A DNA stretch of 64,000 nt from an uncultured Eubacteriales bacterium (GTDB lineage Bacteria; Bacillota; Clostridia; Oscillospirales; Acutalibacteraceae), in NCBI GenBank assembly GCA_964474295.1, contig CAYYRN010000004.1:641-64640 (forward strand). Direction: 5' to 3'. Below, one piece after another: positions 1-8,263 of this stretch. The position numbers and the translations under genes were made by a program. Every line of letters begins with the position of its first letter. The first letter of the stretch is position 1. Under the pieces are notes generated by a model. The model had not been told where the DNA came from. It ran no database searches and saw nothing but the letters and a program-made list of their open reading frames with translations.

Positions 1-2
1 CT

Positions 3-689
3 TTTGACGGCTGTTCTTCAATAAAAGCATTTGAAGTGAGCAAAGAAAATAATCTTTTCGGCAGTGATGAAAACGGTGTGCTTTATAACAAAGAAAAAAG
101 CATCTTGATTAGATTTCCGCAAAATTCACCCATAAAGGAATTTACATTGCCCGCAAGCGTTAAAAGCGTTGATGTTTGTGCTTTTAAGGGTTGTAATAAT
201 CTTGTTGTCATCAACTTGAATTCGGTAAAAGAAGTTTATAATGATGTTTTTGTGTCATGTGCAAATCTCAAAAAAATTACCATACCGAAAACGCTGAAAA
301 GCTTTGGCCCGAATGTTTTATATGATTGCCCGAAGCTTACCGAGCTTAAATATGAGGGAACGATTTCCGAGTGGAAAAATATTGATTTGCACGGTGCCGA
401 TTTTGACGGCTTGGTGGTTTGTGCCAAAAGCGAAAAAGCAACAAAGCCGTTACCTGCCACTGAAAAAAAGACCGAACCTGTCAGCGAATCGGAAACTGCT
501 TCGTTAAAGGATAACTCGGATAAGACGACGGAAGAAACTACCGAAAAAGCCGTTGCGGCAGCAAAAAACGAGGCGAAAAAAAGCGGCGGTGCGAGAATAA
601 TCATACCGATTACGGTGGCGGTTGTTTTGATTGCGGCTTTCGCTGTTGTTATAATTTTAAGAAAAAGAAAAAGCGGTAAAGCAGAGTAA
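3..689 (+). CDS. BspA-type leucine-rich-repeat (LRR_5) surface protein, C-terminal part; 5' end lies outside the window
   Basis: The frame is open from the window edge (FDGCSSIKAFEVSKEN...). Repeats of the FxxCxxLxxIxIPxSVxxI type are present (ASVKSVDVCAFKGCNNLVVINL, NDVFVSCANLKKITIPKTLKSFG). A Glu/Thr/Lys-rich spacer is followed by the hydrophobic anchor IIIPITVAVVLIAAFAVVIIL plus RKRKSG. Confidence 0.6.
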   Translation, partial: FDGCSSIKAFEVSKENNLFGSDENGVLYNKEKSILIRFPQNSPIKEFTLPASVKSVDVCAFKGCNNLVVINLNSVKEVYNDVFVSCANLKKITIPKTLKSFGPNVLYDCPKLTELKYEGTISEWKNIDLHGADFDGLVVCAKSEKATKPLPATEKKTEPVSESETASLKDNSDKTTEETTEKAVAAAKNEAKKSGGARIIIPITVAVVLIAAFAVVIILRKRKSGKAE

Positions 690-694
690 AAGTT

Positions 695-1171
695 ATGGAA
701 ATCAGAATCAGAAAAGCGGAAGAAAGGGATGCACCTAAAATTGCCGATATGCTGGTGGGTATAGGAGAGCTGCATCACAAAGGAAGACCCGACATTTACA
801 GGGATAATTTGCAAAAGTATGACGAAAAAGATATAATCGAAATTTTAAAAGATGCCGAATCCCCGATATATGTTGCGGCTGATGAAGATGACAACGTTGT
901 GGGGTATGCGTTTTGCCAAATAAAAACCGTCACTTCAAGCAGCACTTTTGTCGATAGGAAATTTGTCTATATAGACGATTTCTGTGTGGATGAAAAATGC
1001 CGTAAACAGCACATAGGAAAGAAACTGTTGAATGTGGTCACGGAGGAAGCGAAAAAGTCGGGTGCTTGCGCGGTTGAACTTAATGTTTGGGAGTTTAACG
1101 AAAACGCTGTGAGCTTCTATGAAAAATGCGGCTTCAAAACACAGCGCAGAGAAATGGAAATTGTGTTTTGA
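695..1171 (+). CDS. GNAT family N-acetyltransferase
   Basis: 158 aa. The acetyl-CoA binding motif region is QHIGKKLLNVVTEEAKKSG ... VWEFNENAVSFYEKCGF. A bidirectional terminator follows. Confidence 0.75.
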   Translation: MEIRIRKAEERDAPKIADMLVGIGELHHKGRPDIYRDNLQKYDEKDIIEILKDAESPIYVAADEDDNVVGYAFCQIKTVTSSSTFVDRKFVYIDDFCVDEKCRKQHIGKKLLNVVTEEAKKSGACAVELNVWEFNENAVSFYEKCGFKTQRREMEIVF

Positions 1172-1223
1172 CGGTAATCTTCGTTTTGCCCGTCATATCG
1201 AACACAGCACAATTTAACATAAC

Positions 1224-1270
1224 AAAAAGGATTCCTTTTGGTTTTAAACACCGAAAGGAATCCTAATTTT
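1224..1270. terminator. bidirectional Rho-independent terminator between GNAT (+) and the sugar operon (-)
   Basis: 11-bp perfect stem AGGATTCCTTT (1228-1238) / AAAGGAATCCT (1254-1264), flanked by an A-run upstream and a T-run downstream. Confidence 0.8.
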
Positions 1271-1334
1271 ATGCTTTTTAATTTGAAAATTTTAACAATC
1301 TGACCGATAAGCTCACGGCAGATTTCTTAGGGGA

Positions 1335-2300
1335 TTATACCCACCACATTTCTCCTGTTGACTGAGTGATAAGAACATCTTTGAGCATTTCGACTGCTTT
1401 TGTGAGGCCTTCGTCCTGGCTCATAAGACTGTCTTCATGCTCAATGCTGATAGCGTAATCGTAGCCGACAAGTCTGAGGTTGCTGATTATGTCTTTCCAA
1501 TAGGAAGCATCGTTTCCGTAGCCGACACTGCGGAAAATCCACGAACGGTTTATTTCGTCCGAATAAGGCTTTGTGTCAAGAACACCGTTCACGGCAGTGT
1601 TGTACTTGTCAAGCTTTGTGTCTTTTGCATGGAAATGGAAAATGGCATCTCCGAGCTTTCTGATTGCCGCAACAGGCTCAATGCCCTGCCAAATAAGATG
1701 GCTGGGGTCAAAGTTTGCACCGATTTCAGGGCCGACAGCTTCACGAAGCTTCAAAAGCGATTCGGTGTTGTAAACACAGAATCCGGGGTGAAGCTCAAGT
1801 GCGATTTTGTCAACGCCGTGTTCTTTTGCGAACGCAACAGTCTTTTTCCAATAGGGGATAAGCACATCGTTCCACTGGTAATCGAGAATTTCTCCGAAAT
1901 CGTTTGGCCACGGGCAAGTTACCCAGTTCGGATATTTTGCACCCTCCCAATCACCGGGACATCCCGAAAAAGTATTAATTTGATGAATACCGAGCTTCTC
2001 GGCAAGGAGGATTGTGTCGTGGATAACTTTGTCAAATTCGGCGGCAATTTCTTTGTTTGGGTGTACGGGGTTGCCGTGACAGCTCAAAGCACTGATTTCA
2101 AGACCGTACTTTTCGATTGTTGCCTTAAATTCATCAAAAGCTTTTTCGTCATTTAAAAGGATTTCGGGGTTTGCGTGAGCGTTTCCCGGAAAACCTCCGC
2201 AGCCGATTTCAACCATTTCTATTCCTTTTGATTTAAAATATGCCAAAGCTTCGTCAAGCGATTTGTCGCTGAGAAGCGTTGTGAAAACACCGAGTTTCAT
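1335..2300 (-). CDS. sugar phosphate isomerase/epimerase (xylose-isomerase-like TIM barrel, AP_endonuc_2 family)
   Basis: 321 aa. Family-typical blocks are VEIGCGGFPG, LELHPG, NFDPSHLIWQGI, HFHAKD and SIEHED. The RBS AGAGGT lies upstream of the ATG at 2300. Confidence 0.7.
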   Translation of the reverse strand: MKLGVFTTLLSDKSLDEALAYFKSKGIEMVEIGCGGFPGNAHANPEILLNDEKAFDEFKATIEKYGLEISALSCHGNPVHPNKEIAAEFDKVIHDTILLAEKLGIHQINTFSGCPGDWEGAKYPNWVTCPWPNDFGEILDYQWNDVLIPYWKKTVAFAKEHGVDKIALELHPGFCVYNTESLLKLREAVGPEIGANFDPSHLIWQGIEPVAAIRKLGDAIFHFHAKDTKLDKYNTAVNGVLDTKPYSDEINRSWIFRSVGYGNDASYWKDIISNLRLVGYDYAISIEHEDSLMSQDEGLTKAVEMLKDVLITQSTGEMWWV

Positions 2301-2317
2301 TTGTTTTACCTCTTTTG

Positions 2318-3040
2318 TTATAAATTTGCTTTAAAATAAGCCATGCTTCTTGTGATGTCCTCGATTCCTGTCGGTACGGGTTCATCGTTTTCAAGAACAA
2401 GCCATTCAATGCCGATTTCTTCCGCAGCCTTGAAAACGGGAATCAAGTCATTGTTTCCATCACCGAGAGAACACGGCTTTCTGTCAATACCGTCCTTGAT
2501 GTGAAGGAGGATTATTCTATCTTTATTTTTTGTGATGTAATCGTAATTATCCGCACCTCCGCAATAGCTCCAATAGGTATCGACCTCAAGGTAAGCTTTG
2601 TCGGAAATCGCATCCATACAAAGTACGTCACCGAATTTGATTTCAAATTCTTCGGTATGGTTATGGTAATAGAATTTAAGTCCGTCGTCTGCGTATTTTT
2701 CGTTTGCGTGTCCGAAAACATCACAGAGAATTTTGACATCTTCTTTTGTGCTGTGTGCGGCACCGCCTATGCCGATATACTTCATTCCGAGAACTTTTGC
2801 GGCCTTCACCGTTTCTTCAAGCTTCGGCTCTTTCAGGTCATCAAGTCCCATATGGCAGCCTACTGCCGTAAGACCGAGCTTGTCAAGTGCTTCCTTTATG
2901 ACTTCCGGCTCAAGCCCGGCAAATCCCGCAAATTCCACACCGTCAAAGCCGATTTCCTTAACCTTGCCGAGAAGCTCCAAAAACTCATCGCCGTTTTTAT
3001 AATCGTTCCTCAGCGTGTAAAGCTGTACTGCAAGTTTCAT
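2318..3040 (-). CDS. sugar phosphate isomerase/epimerase (xylose-isolerase-like TIM barrel), short form
   Basis: 240 aa. Motifs: MKLAVQLYTLR, GFDGVEFAG, YHNHTEEF, LLHIKD. The RBS is GAGGAGG. The stop is 17 nt upstream of the next gene in the operon. Confidence 0.7.
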   Translation of the reverse strand: MKLAVQLYTLRNDYKNGDEFLELLGKVKEIGFDGVEFAGFAGLEPEVIKEALDKLGLTAVGCHMGLDDLKEPKLEETVKAAKVLGMKYIGIGGAAHSTKEDVKILCDVFGHANEKYADDGLKFYYHNHTEEFEIKFGDVLCMDAISDKAYLEVDTYWSYCGGADNYDYITKNKDRIILLHIKDGIDRKPCSLGDGNNDLIPVFKAAEEIGIEWLVLENDEPVPTGIEDITRSMAYFKANL

Positions 3041-3067
3041 ATTGCTTTATCCTCCTCGGTAAAGTTG

Positions 3068-4153
3068 TTATGAAAGGTAAACGGGCTTGCCTGTTTTTGA
3101 AGATTCGTAAATAGCTTCGAGAATCTGGGTGACGACAATTGCCTGCTCCGGCTTTGTGTTTACCTCGGTATCGTTGATAATGGCATCAAGCCAAAGCTTT
3201 GCTTCGATTTCCGCACTGCTTACTTTTTCGCCGTCAAAGAAAGCAACACCGCCTGCGTCAAAGTTAGGTTCTTCAACAACCTGACGGTTGTTTTTTACAT
3301 AGTTGATGTGAAGTCCGTCGAGCATATCGGCACCGCCTTTTGTACCGCAAAGTGTTGTAGCGGCTTCAAGAGGCTTTCTGATGTTGAGTGCCCAGCTTGA
3401 TTCAAGAACGATTGTTGCACCGTTTTCCATAACGATAAAGCCGAAAGCGGAATCCTCGACCGTGAATTTTTCGGGATCCCAATCGCCCCAAGCGTTAGCG
3501 GAGTTTTTCTGGTCACCGAGCTTTTTGTATGTCGTGCCGACAACCATTTTGGGTTTGTAGTTGTTCATCATCCAAAGAGTAAGGTCAAGTGCGTGAGTGC
3601 CGATATCGATAAGCGAACCGCCGCCTTGCTCATATTCGTTGAGGAAAACACCCCAGGTGGGAACTGCACGGCGTCTTAAAGCGTGAGCTTTTGCAAAATA
3701 GATTTCACCGAGTTCCTCGTTTTTGCAACATTCTTTAAGGTAAAGAGCTTCGGGAGTGTTGCGGCACTGATATCCGATTGTAAGCTTTTTGCCAGTTCTG
3801 TGTGCGGCTTCGAGCATTTTTTGAGCCTCGGCATATGTTTTTGCCATAGGCTTTTCGCACATTACGTGTTTTCCTGCTTCAAGGGAATCAACCGTGATAA
3901 AGCTGTGCGAACGGTTAGGTGTGCAGACGTGAACCAAATCGATTGTTTCGTCTTTCAAAAGTTCTTTGTAATCTGTGTAAACTTTTGCATCTTCCGTTCC
4001 GAATTTTTCAGCCGCGGCAACTGCTTTTTCTTCGATAATATCGCAGAAAGCAACCATTTCGGCTTTGTCGCTCAATTTCTTCAGCGCCGGCATATGCTTG
4101 CCGTTTGCAATGCCGCCGCATCCGATAATACCGATTCTTAATTTTTTTTCCAT
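3068..4153 (-). CDS. Gfo/Idh/MocA family NAD(P)-dependent oxidoreductase
   Basis: The Rossmann N-terminus is KLRIGIIGCGGIANGKH, with an EKP motif (MCEKPMA). I prefer the ATG at 4153 (GGAGG, 8 nt spacing) over the track start at 4183. Confidence 0.8.
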   Translation of the reverse strand: MEKKLRIGIIGCGGIANGKHMPALKKLSDKAEMVAFCDIIEEKAVAAAEKFGTEDAKVYTDYKELLKDETIDLVHVCTPNRSHSFITVDSLEAGKHVMCEKPMAKTYAEAQKMLEAAHRTGKKLTIGYQCRNTPEALYLKECCKNEELGEIYFAKAHALRRRAVPTWGVFLNEYEQGGGSLIDIGTHALDLTLWMMNNYKPKMVVGTTYKKLGDQKNSANAWGDWDPEKFTVEDSAFGFIVMENGATIVLESSWALNIRKPLEAATTLCGTKGGADMLDGLHINYVKNNRQVVEEPNFDAGGVAFFDGEKVSSAEIEAKLWLDAIINDTEVNTKPEQAIVVTQILEAIYESSKTGKPVYLS

Positions 4154-4195
4154 AAGTAATGCCTCCATAAATTTAATTTGCATTATTTTGTATTA

Positions 4196-4223
4196 ATCAT
4201 ACCATAATGAGATAATTTTGCAA
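4196..4223 (-). promoter_or_regulatory. promoter of the oxidoreductase/TIM-barrel operon: TTGCAA-16-TGgTATGAT
   Basis: Read on the minus strand, the -35 is at 4223-4218 and the -10 at 4201-4196, with an extended TG. Confidence 0.5.
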
Positions 4224-4262
4224 TAGATTTTTACAAATTTCCACTAAAAATTCTGTGATTTC

Positions 4263-4291
4263 TTGTGACGTTTTCGAGTGTGTGTTATAAT
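4263..4291 (+). promoter_or_regulatory. promoter upstream of the RluA-family gene: TTGTGA-17-(TGt)TATAAT
   Basis: -35 at 4263-4268, -10 at 4286-4291. Confidence 0.5.
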
Positions 4292-4310
4292 TAATCCGTA
4301 GGTGAAGAAT

Positions 4311-5207
4311 ATGCGCAGAATCGATTATAAAATTGAAGAAAAATTTGACGGAGATAAGGTACTGTGGTATTTGCGAGGCGAAGCAAAGCTTTCGGCAAGG
4401 CTTGTCGCTCACTTGAAAACAGTGCCGAACGGTATATTGCTAAACGGAGAACATATCAGAACAATCGACCGAATACATACGGGTGACGTGTTAAGTGTGA
4501 ACATACCGCAGGGACAAAGCAATCTTGAACGTGTTGACGGAGAGCTTGACGTTGTTTTTGAGGATGAGGATATACTGATAATAAATAAAAGCCCGTTTAT
4601 TGCGGTTCATCCCACTCACAATCATCAAGGCGATACGCTTGCCAATGTGGTTGCGGGATATCTTGCTTCAAAAAACAAATCGTCCGTTTTCAGAGCAGTC
4701 GGCAGGCTCGATAAAGGTACATCGGGCTTGATTCTTCTTGCCCTTAACGGTTATGCCGCTTCACGTCTTTCGCAGGAAAAAGTAAAAAAAGAATATATCG
4801 CCGTGGCTGACGGCGAATTATACGGCTGTGGCACAATCGACAAGCCGATATACCGCCCCGACCCGATGAAAAGCGTGCGTGCCGCAGGCGATGAGGGAGA
4901 CAGAGCTGTCACTCACTACACCGCTTTGGCGACAAACGGCGAAAGAACGCTGCTCAAAATACATCTTGAAACGGGAAGAACACATCAGATAAGGGTTCAT
5001 TTTGCGTTTCTCGGTGTACCTCTTACTGGTGACACGATGTACGGCAAAGCCTCCGATGAAATAAAAAGACACGCACTGCATTGTGCGAAAATGACCTTTA
5101 CACATCCCGTTACGGGCAAGAGTATTTGCGTGGAAGCGCCTTTGTGGGAGGATATGGAAAAACTGTCGCAAAAAATTTTAAAAAATAAAAAAACAAACAG
5201 TTTATAA
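4311..5207 (+). CDS. RluA-family 23S rRNA/tRNA pseudouridine synthase with N-terminal S4-like domain
   Basis: Catalytic block GRLDKGTSGLILLA and C-terminal TGRTHQIRVHFAFLGVPLTGDTMYG. The ATG at 4311 is preceded by AGGTGA; the track start GTG at 4302 is less likely. Confidence 0.8.
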   Translation: MRRIDYKIEEKFDGDKVLWYLRGEAKLSARLVAHLKTVPNGILLNGEHIRTIDRIHTGDVLSVNIPQGQSNLERVDGELDVVFEDEDILIINKSPFIAVHPTHNHQGDTLANVVAGYLASKNKSSVFRAVGRLDKGTSGLILLALNGYAASRLSQEKVKKEYIAVADGELYGCGTIDKPIYRPDPMKSVRAAGDEGDRAVTHYTALATNGERTLLKIHLETGRTHQIRVHFAFLGVPLTGDTMYGKASDEIKRHALHCAKMTFTHPVTGKSICVEAPLWEDMEKLSQKILKNKKTNSL

Positions 5208-5268
5208 TTCGCCGCAAAAAACACAAAATATTGATAAAATACAATACGGTTACAAAAACAGGTAAAAA

Positions 5269-5285
5269 TTTACAATTAGATTACA
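5269..5285 (-). promoter_or_regulatory. direct repeat TGTAAT-N5-TGTAAA (WalR/OmpR-family consensus TGTWAH-N5-TGTWAH) upstream of the murA promoter
   Basis: The minus strand reads TGTAAT (5285-5280), ctaat, TGTAAA (5274-5269). A third hexamer TGTAAC lies at 5254-5249. Confidence 0.35.
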
Positions 5286-5321
5286 ATTATTAAGATTGGC
5301 AAAATATTTTCTTAAAAACTC

Positions 5322-5350
5322 TTTATTTTTACGAGATATGGTGTTATAAT
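5322..5350 (+). promoter_or_regulatory. murA promoter: TTTATT-17-(TGt)TATAAT, extended -10
   Basis: -10 at 5345-5350 with TG at 5342-5343. The -35 is weak. It predicts a leader of about 160 nt. Confidence 0.45.
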
Positions 5351-5518
5351 ATCTTAGCGTGACTATGGGTGCTTATCGGCATTTCAAAATAGTTTAACAA
5401 ATGTAAACATTTTCTTATTTTCAGATACAACATATAGTGAGCCACGATTTTCAAAATTCTCTGCGTGGCAAAAACATATCAAAATGTGTTACGCAGACAT
5501 GAAGGAGAGTGTGCAGGA

Positions 5519-6808
5519 TTGGAAAAAATCGTAATTAACGGCGGCAATAAGCTCCATGGGGAGATTGATATAAGCGGTGCGAAAAATGCGGCATTGGCAA
5601 TTTTGCCCGCAACTATTTTGGCGGAAGATATTTGCAGAATCGAAAATTTGCCCGATATCAGTGATGTTAAGCTGATGGTGGAAATTCTTTCCATGCTCGG
5701 TGCGGGCGTTAAATATATTAACAGAAGTACAATCGAAGTTGACACAAGGTTTGTGTCTTCAAGCGAAGTGCCTTACGAATATGCAAAGCAGATGAGAGCT
5801 TCGTATTATTTTATAGGTGCCTTGCTCGGCAGATTTTCAAAGGCAAGGGTTGCAATGCCGGGAGGATGTTTTTTCGGTGTGCGTCCCATTGACCAGCATA
5901 TAAAAGGTTTTGAAGCCTTGGGATGCACCGTAAATATAGAAAATGCTATTGTCGATGCGTGTGCGCAAGAAAATATGTACGGCAGCTCCATTTATATGGA
6001 TGTGGTGTCTGTCGGAGCTACAATGAATATAATGCTCGCTTCCGTCAAAGCAAGAGGACTTACCATAATCGAAAATGCGGCGAAAGAACCGCACATAGTC
6101 GATTTGGCAAATTTCCTTAACACTATGGGTGCCGATGTCAGAGGCGCGGGAACGGACGTTATAAAAATCAGAGGAGTGGAAACTCTGCACGGCTGCACAT
6201 ATTCCGTGGTTCCCGACCAAATTGAAGCGGGAACTTATATGGTTGCGGCGGCTGCGGCAGGCGGTGATGTGCTTATTAACCACGTCATTCCGAAACATCT
6301 TGAATCGATAACCTCCAAGCTTGAAGAATGTGGTGTGATTGTGGAGGAATATGACGAGGCTGTAAGAATCGTAAGCACGAAAAGACCGAGAAAATGTAAC
6401 GTCAAGACAATGCCGCATCCTGGATTTCCGACCGATATGCAGCCGCAGATGGCGGTTTTGCTGTCAATGGCTGACGGGACAAGCATAATTTCGGAAAGCG
6501 TTTGGGACAGCCGATTCCGTTATATAGAACAGCTCCTTCGTTTCGGTGCTAAAGTTCAAGTCAACGGCAGTGTTGCTGTGATAGAGGGCGTCGAAAGGCT
6601 CAAAGGCGCACCTGTAAAGGCTGTTGATCTCAGAGCAGGTGCGGCGATGATAATTGCCGGATTGTGTGCTGACGGACAAACGGAAATAGAGGATATAAAG
6701 TATATTGACAGAGGATACGAAGATGTTGTATTAAAGCTTCGCAACGTGGGTGCGGATATCAAGCGTGTTGAAGTAAGACAGCCGCAGACAACGGTTAATG
6801 CAGGTTAA
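5519..6808 (+). CDS. murA: UDP-N-acetylglucosamine 1-carboxyvinyltransferase
   Basis: Typical MurA N-terminus (L/M)EKIVINGGNKLHGEIDISGAKNAALAILPA and length. The in-frame TTG at 5519 has GGAG 11 nt upstream. The track start GTG at 5465 would add an atypical 18-aa extension. Confidence 0.85.
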   Translation: MEKIVINGGNKLHGEIDISGAKNAALAILPATILAEDICRIENLPDISDVKLMVEILSMLGAGVKYINRSTIEVDTRFVSSSEVPYEYAKQMRASYYFIGALLGRFSKARVAMPGGCFFGVRPIDQHIKGFEALGCTVNIENAIVDACAQENMYGSSIYMDVVSVGATMNIMLASVKARGLTIIENAAKEPHIVDLANFLNTMGADVRGAGTDVIKIRGVETLHGCTYSVVPDQIEAGTYMVAAAAAGGDVLINHVIPKHLESITSKLEECGVIVEEYDEAVRIVSTKRPRKCNVKTMPHPGFPTDMQPQMAVLLSMADGTSIISESVWDSRFRYIEQLLRFGAKVQVNGSVAVIEGVERLKGAPVKAVDLRAGAAMIIAGLCADGQTEIEDIKYIDRGYEDVVLKLRNVGADIKRVEVRQPQTTVNAG

Positions 6809-6826
6809 TTAAATAAATTATTGAAT

Positions 6827-6859
6827 CCCACTTTCATTTTTGTTGAGAGTGGGTTTTTT
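6827..6859 (+). terminator. Rho-independent terminator after murA
   Basis: Stem CCCACTTTC / GAGAGTGGG (one G-U pair), followed by TTTTTT. Confidence 0.75.
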
Positions 6860-6873
6860 CGGAGGTAAAGGCT

Positions 6874-7656
6874 TTGGCAAGATTTTGTTCGCTGTATTCA
6901 TCAAGCAGCGGTAACAGTACATATGTCGGAATGGCACAAAGCGGTGTGCTTGTGGATATAGGTGTTTCACTGAAAAAGCTGAGGGAAGCTTGCGACTTTC
7001 AAGGCATAGACCTTGAAACGGTCAAGGGTGTTTTTATAACACACGAACATTCCGACCACATCAAAGGTTTGAAGGTGTTTTTGTCAAAATATAAGGTACC
7101 TGTTTTTTCTTCTGCGGAAACTCTTGAGGCACTTTGTAAAAACGGCTGTATTCCGTCGGGTGTTGAATGTAAAGAGATGTCCTCGGAGACGGAAATCGCC
7201 GGTATAGGCGTTAAAGCTTTTTTGACATCCCACGACACTCCGAAAAGCCAAGGCTACAGCTTCTTTTTGCCTGACGAGAGAAAGGTTTCCGTTTGTACCG
7301 ATTTGGGGTATGTAAGCGATGAAGTTATGGCGGGTATCGGTAAGAGCGATTTGGTTTTGCTCGAATCGAATCACGATGTAGATATGCTCAAGCACGGCAG
7401 TTATCCTTTTGAACTGAAAAAGAGGATTTTGTCAGAATACGGACACCTTTCAAACGAGGCTTGCGCTCAAACAGCCGCAGCACTGCTTTCGGGCGGCACA
7501 ACAAGGTTTGTTCTCGGACATTTAAGCCACGAAAACAACACTCCCGACAAAGCATATTCGGAAACCTTTTCCAAGCTTGATATGTGCGGAGCAAGGATAG
7601 GTGTTGATTATACTTTGACGGTGGCGGGCGACAAAAACAAGATGATTCGTCTTTAA
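6874..7656 (+). CDS. yycJ: MBL-fold metallo-hydrolase, YycJ/WalJ-like
   Basis: Motif ITHEHSDHIKG. 260 aa. It sits immediately upstream of rlmH as in Bacillus. TTG start with GGAGG 8 nt upstream. Confidence 0.7.
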   Translation: MARFCSLYSSSSGNSTYVGMAQSGVLVDIGVSLKKLREACDFQGIDLETVKGVFITHEHSDHIKGLKVFLSKYKVPVFSSAETLEALCKNGCIPSGVECKEMSSETEIAGIGVKAFLTSHDTPKSQGYSFFLPDERKVSVCTDLGYVSDEVMAGIGKSDLVLLESNHDVDMLKHGSYPFELKKRILSEYGHLSNEACAQTAAALLSGGTTRFVLGHLSHENNTPDKAYSETFSKLDMCGARIGVDYTLTVAGDKNKMIRL

Positions 7657-7670
7657 AAGGAAGTGCTTTT

Positions 7671-8153
7671 ATGCTCGGAATTACGGTTATAGCCGAGGGA
7701 CGGCTTAAAGAAAAATATTTAAAAGATGCCTGCGACGAATATAAAAAACGGCTTTCGACTCTTTGCAGGCTTAAAATTACAGAACTTGAACCCGTAAAGC
7801 TCGGTGATAATCCGTCATCGGCGGAAATAGAAAAAGCTCTCAAAAAAGAAGCAAAGGATATCCTTTCAAAAGTTCCGCAGGGTTCAAAGCTTGTGGCTAT
7901 GTGTATTGAGGGCAAACAAATGCCGTCGGAAAAATTAAGCCGTTTTTTTGAAAGCACGGCTGTTTCGGGGTGCGGCGAAATAACATTTGTCATCGGCAGC
8001 TCTTACGGACTTGACGAAAGCATAAAGAAAAAAGCCGAACTGAAGCTCTCAATGTCCGAGATGACATTTCCTCATCAGCTTGCAAGGGTAATGCTTTTGG
8101 AGCAGGTTTACAGAGGTTTTATGATTTCAAATTCAAGCAAGTATCATAAATGA
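7671..8153 (+). CDS. rlmH: 23S rRNA (pseudouridine1915-N3)-methyltransferase RlmH (SPOUT)
   Basis: 160 aa. N-terminus ITVIAEGRLKEKYLKDACDEYKKRL and C-terminus TFPHQLARVMLLEQVYRGF are typical of RlmH. Confidence 0.85.
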   Translation: MLGITVIAEGRLKEKYLKDACDEYKKRLSTLCRLKITELEPVKLGDNPSSAEIEKALKKEAKDILSKVPQGSKLVAMCIEGKQMPSEKLSRFFESTAVSGCGEITFVIGSSYGLDESIKKKAELKLSMSEMTFPHQLARVMLLEQVYRGFMISNSSKYHK

Positions 8154-8172
8154 AAAGAGCGTTTTCGCTTGC

Positions 8173-8201
8173 TTGACTTTAAAACAAATAAATTGTATAA
8201 T
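8173..8201 (+). promoter_or_regulatory. promoter of the cohesin-module gene: TTGACT-17-TATAAT
   Basis: -35 at 8173-8178, -10 at 8196-8201. Confidence 0.65.
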
Positions 8202-8263
8202 AAACGTATATATGTATCGGAAGGTAGGTGAGGCACATCCTCATGGGGAGGTATGCCGAATTT

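Noticed and set aside
1437-2156. Long antisense or alternative-frame ORFs inside other confident genes. Examples: 1437-2156, 2501-3073, 5837-6418, 7388-7993, 12281-12742, 30846-31334, 41982-42422, 59051-59569 and 60761-61234.
   Set aside because: Each is fully nested in a gene with clear family motifs on the other strand or frame. None shows a recognisable domain, RBS or independent promoter or terminator.
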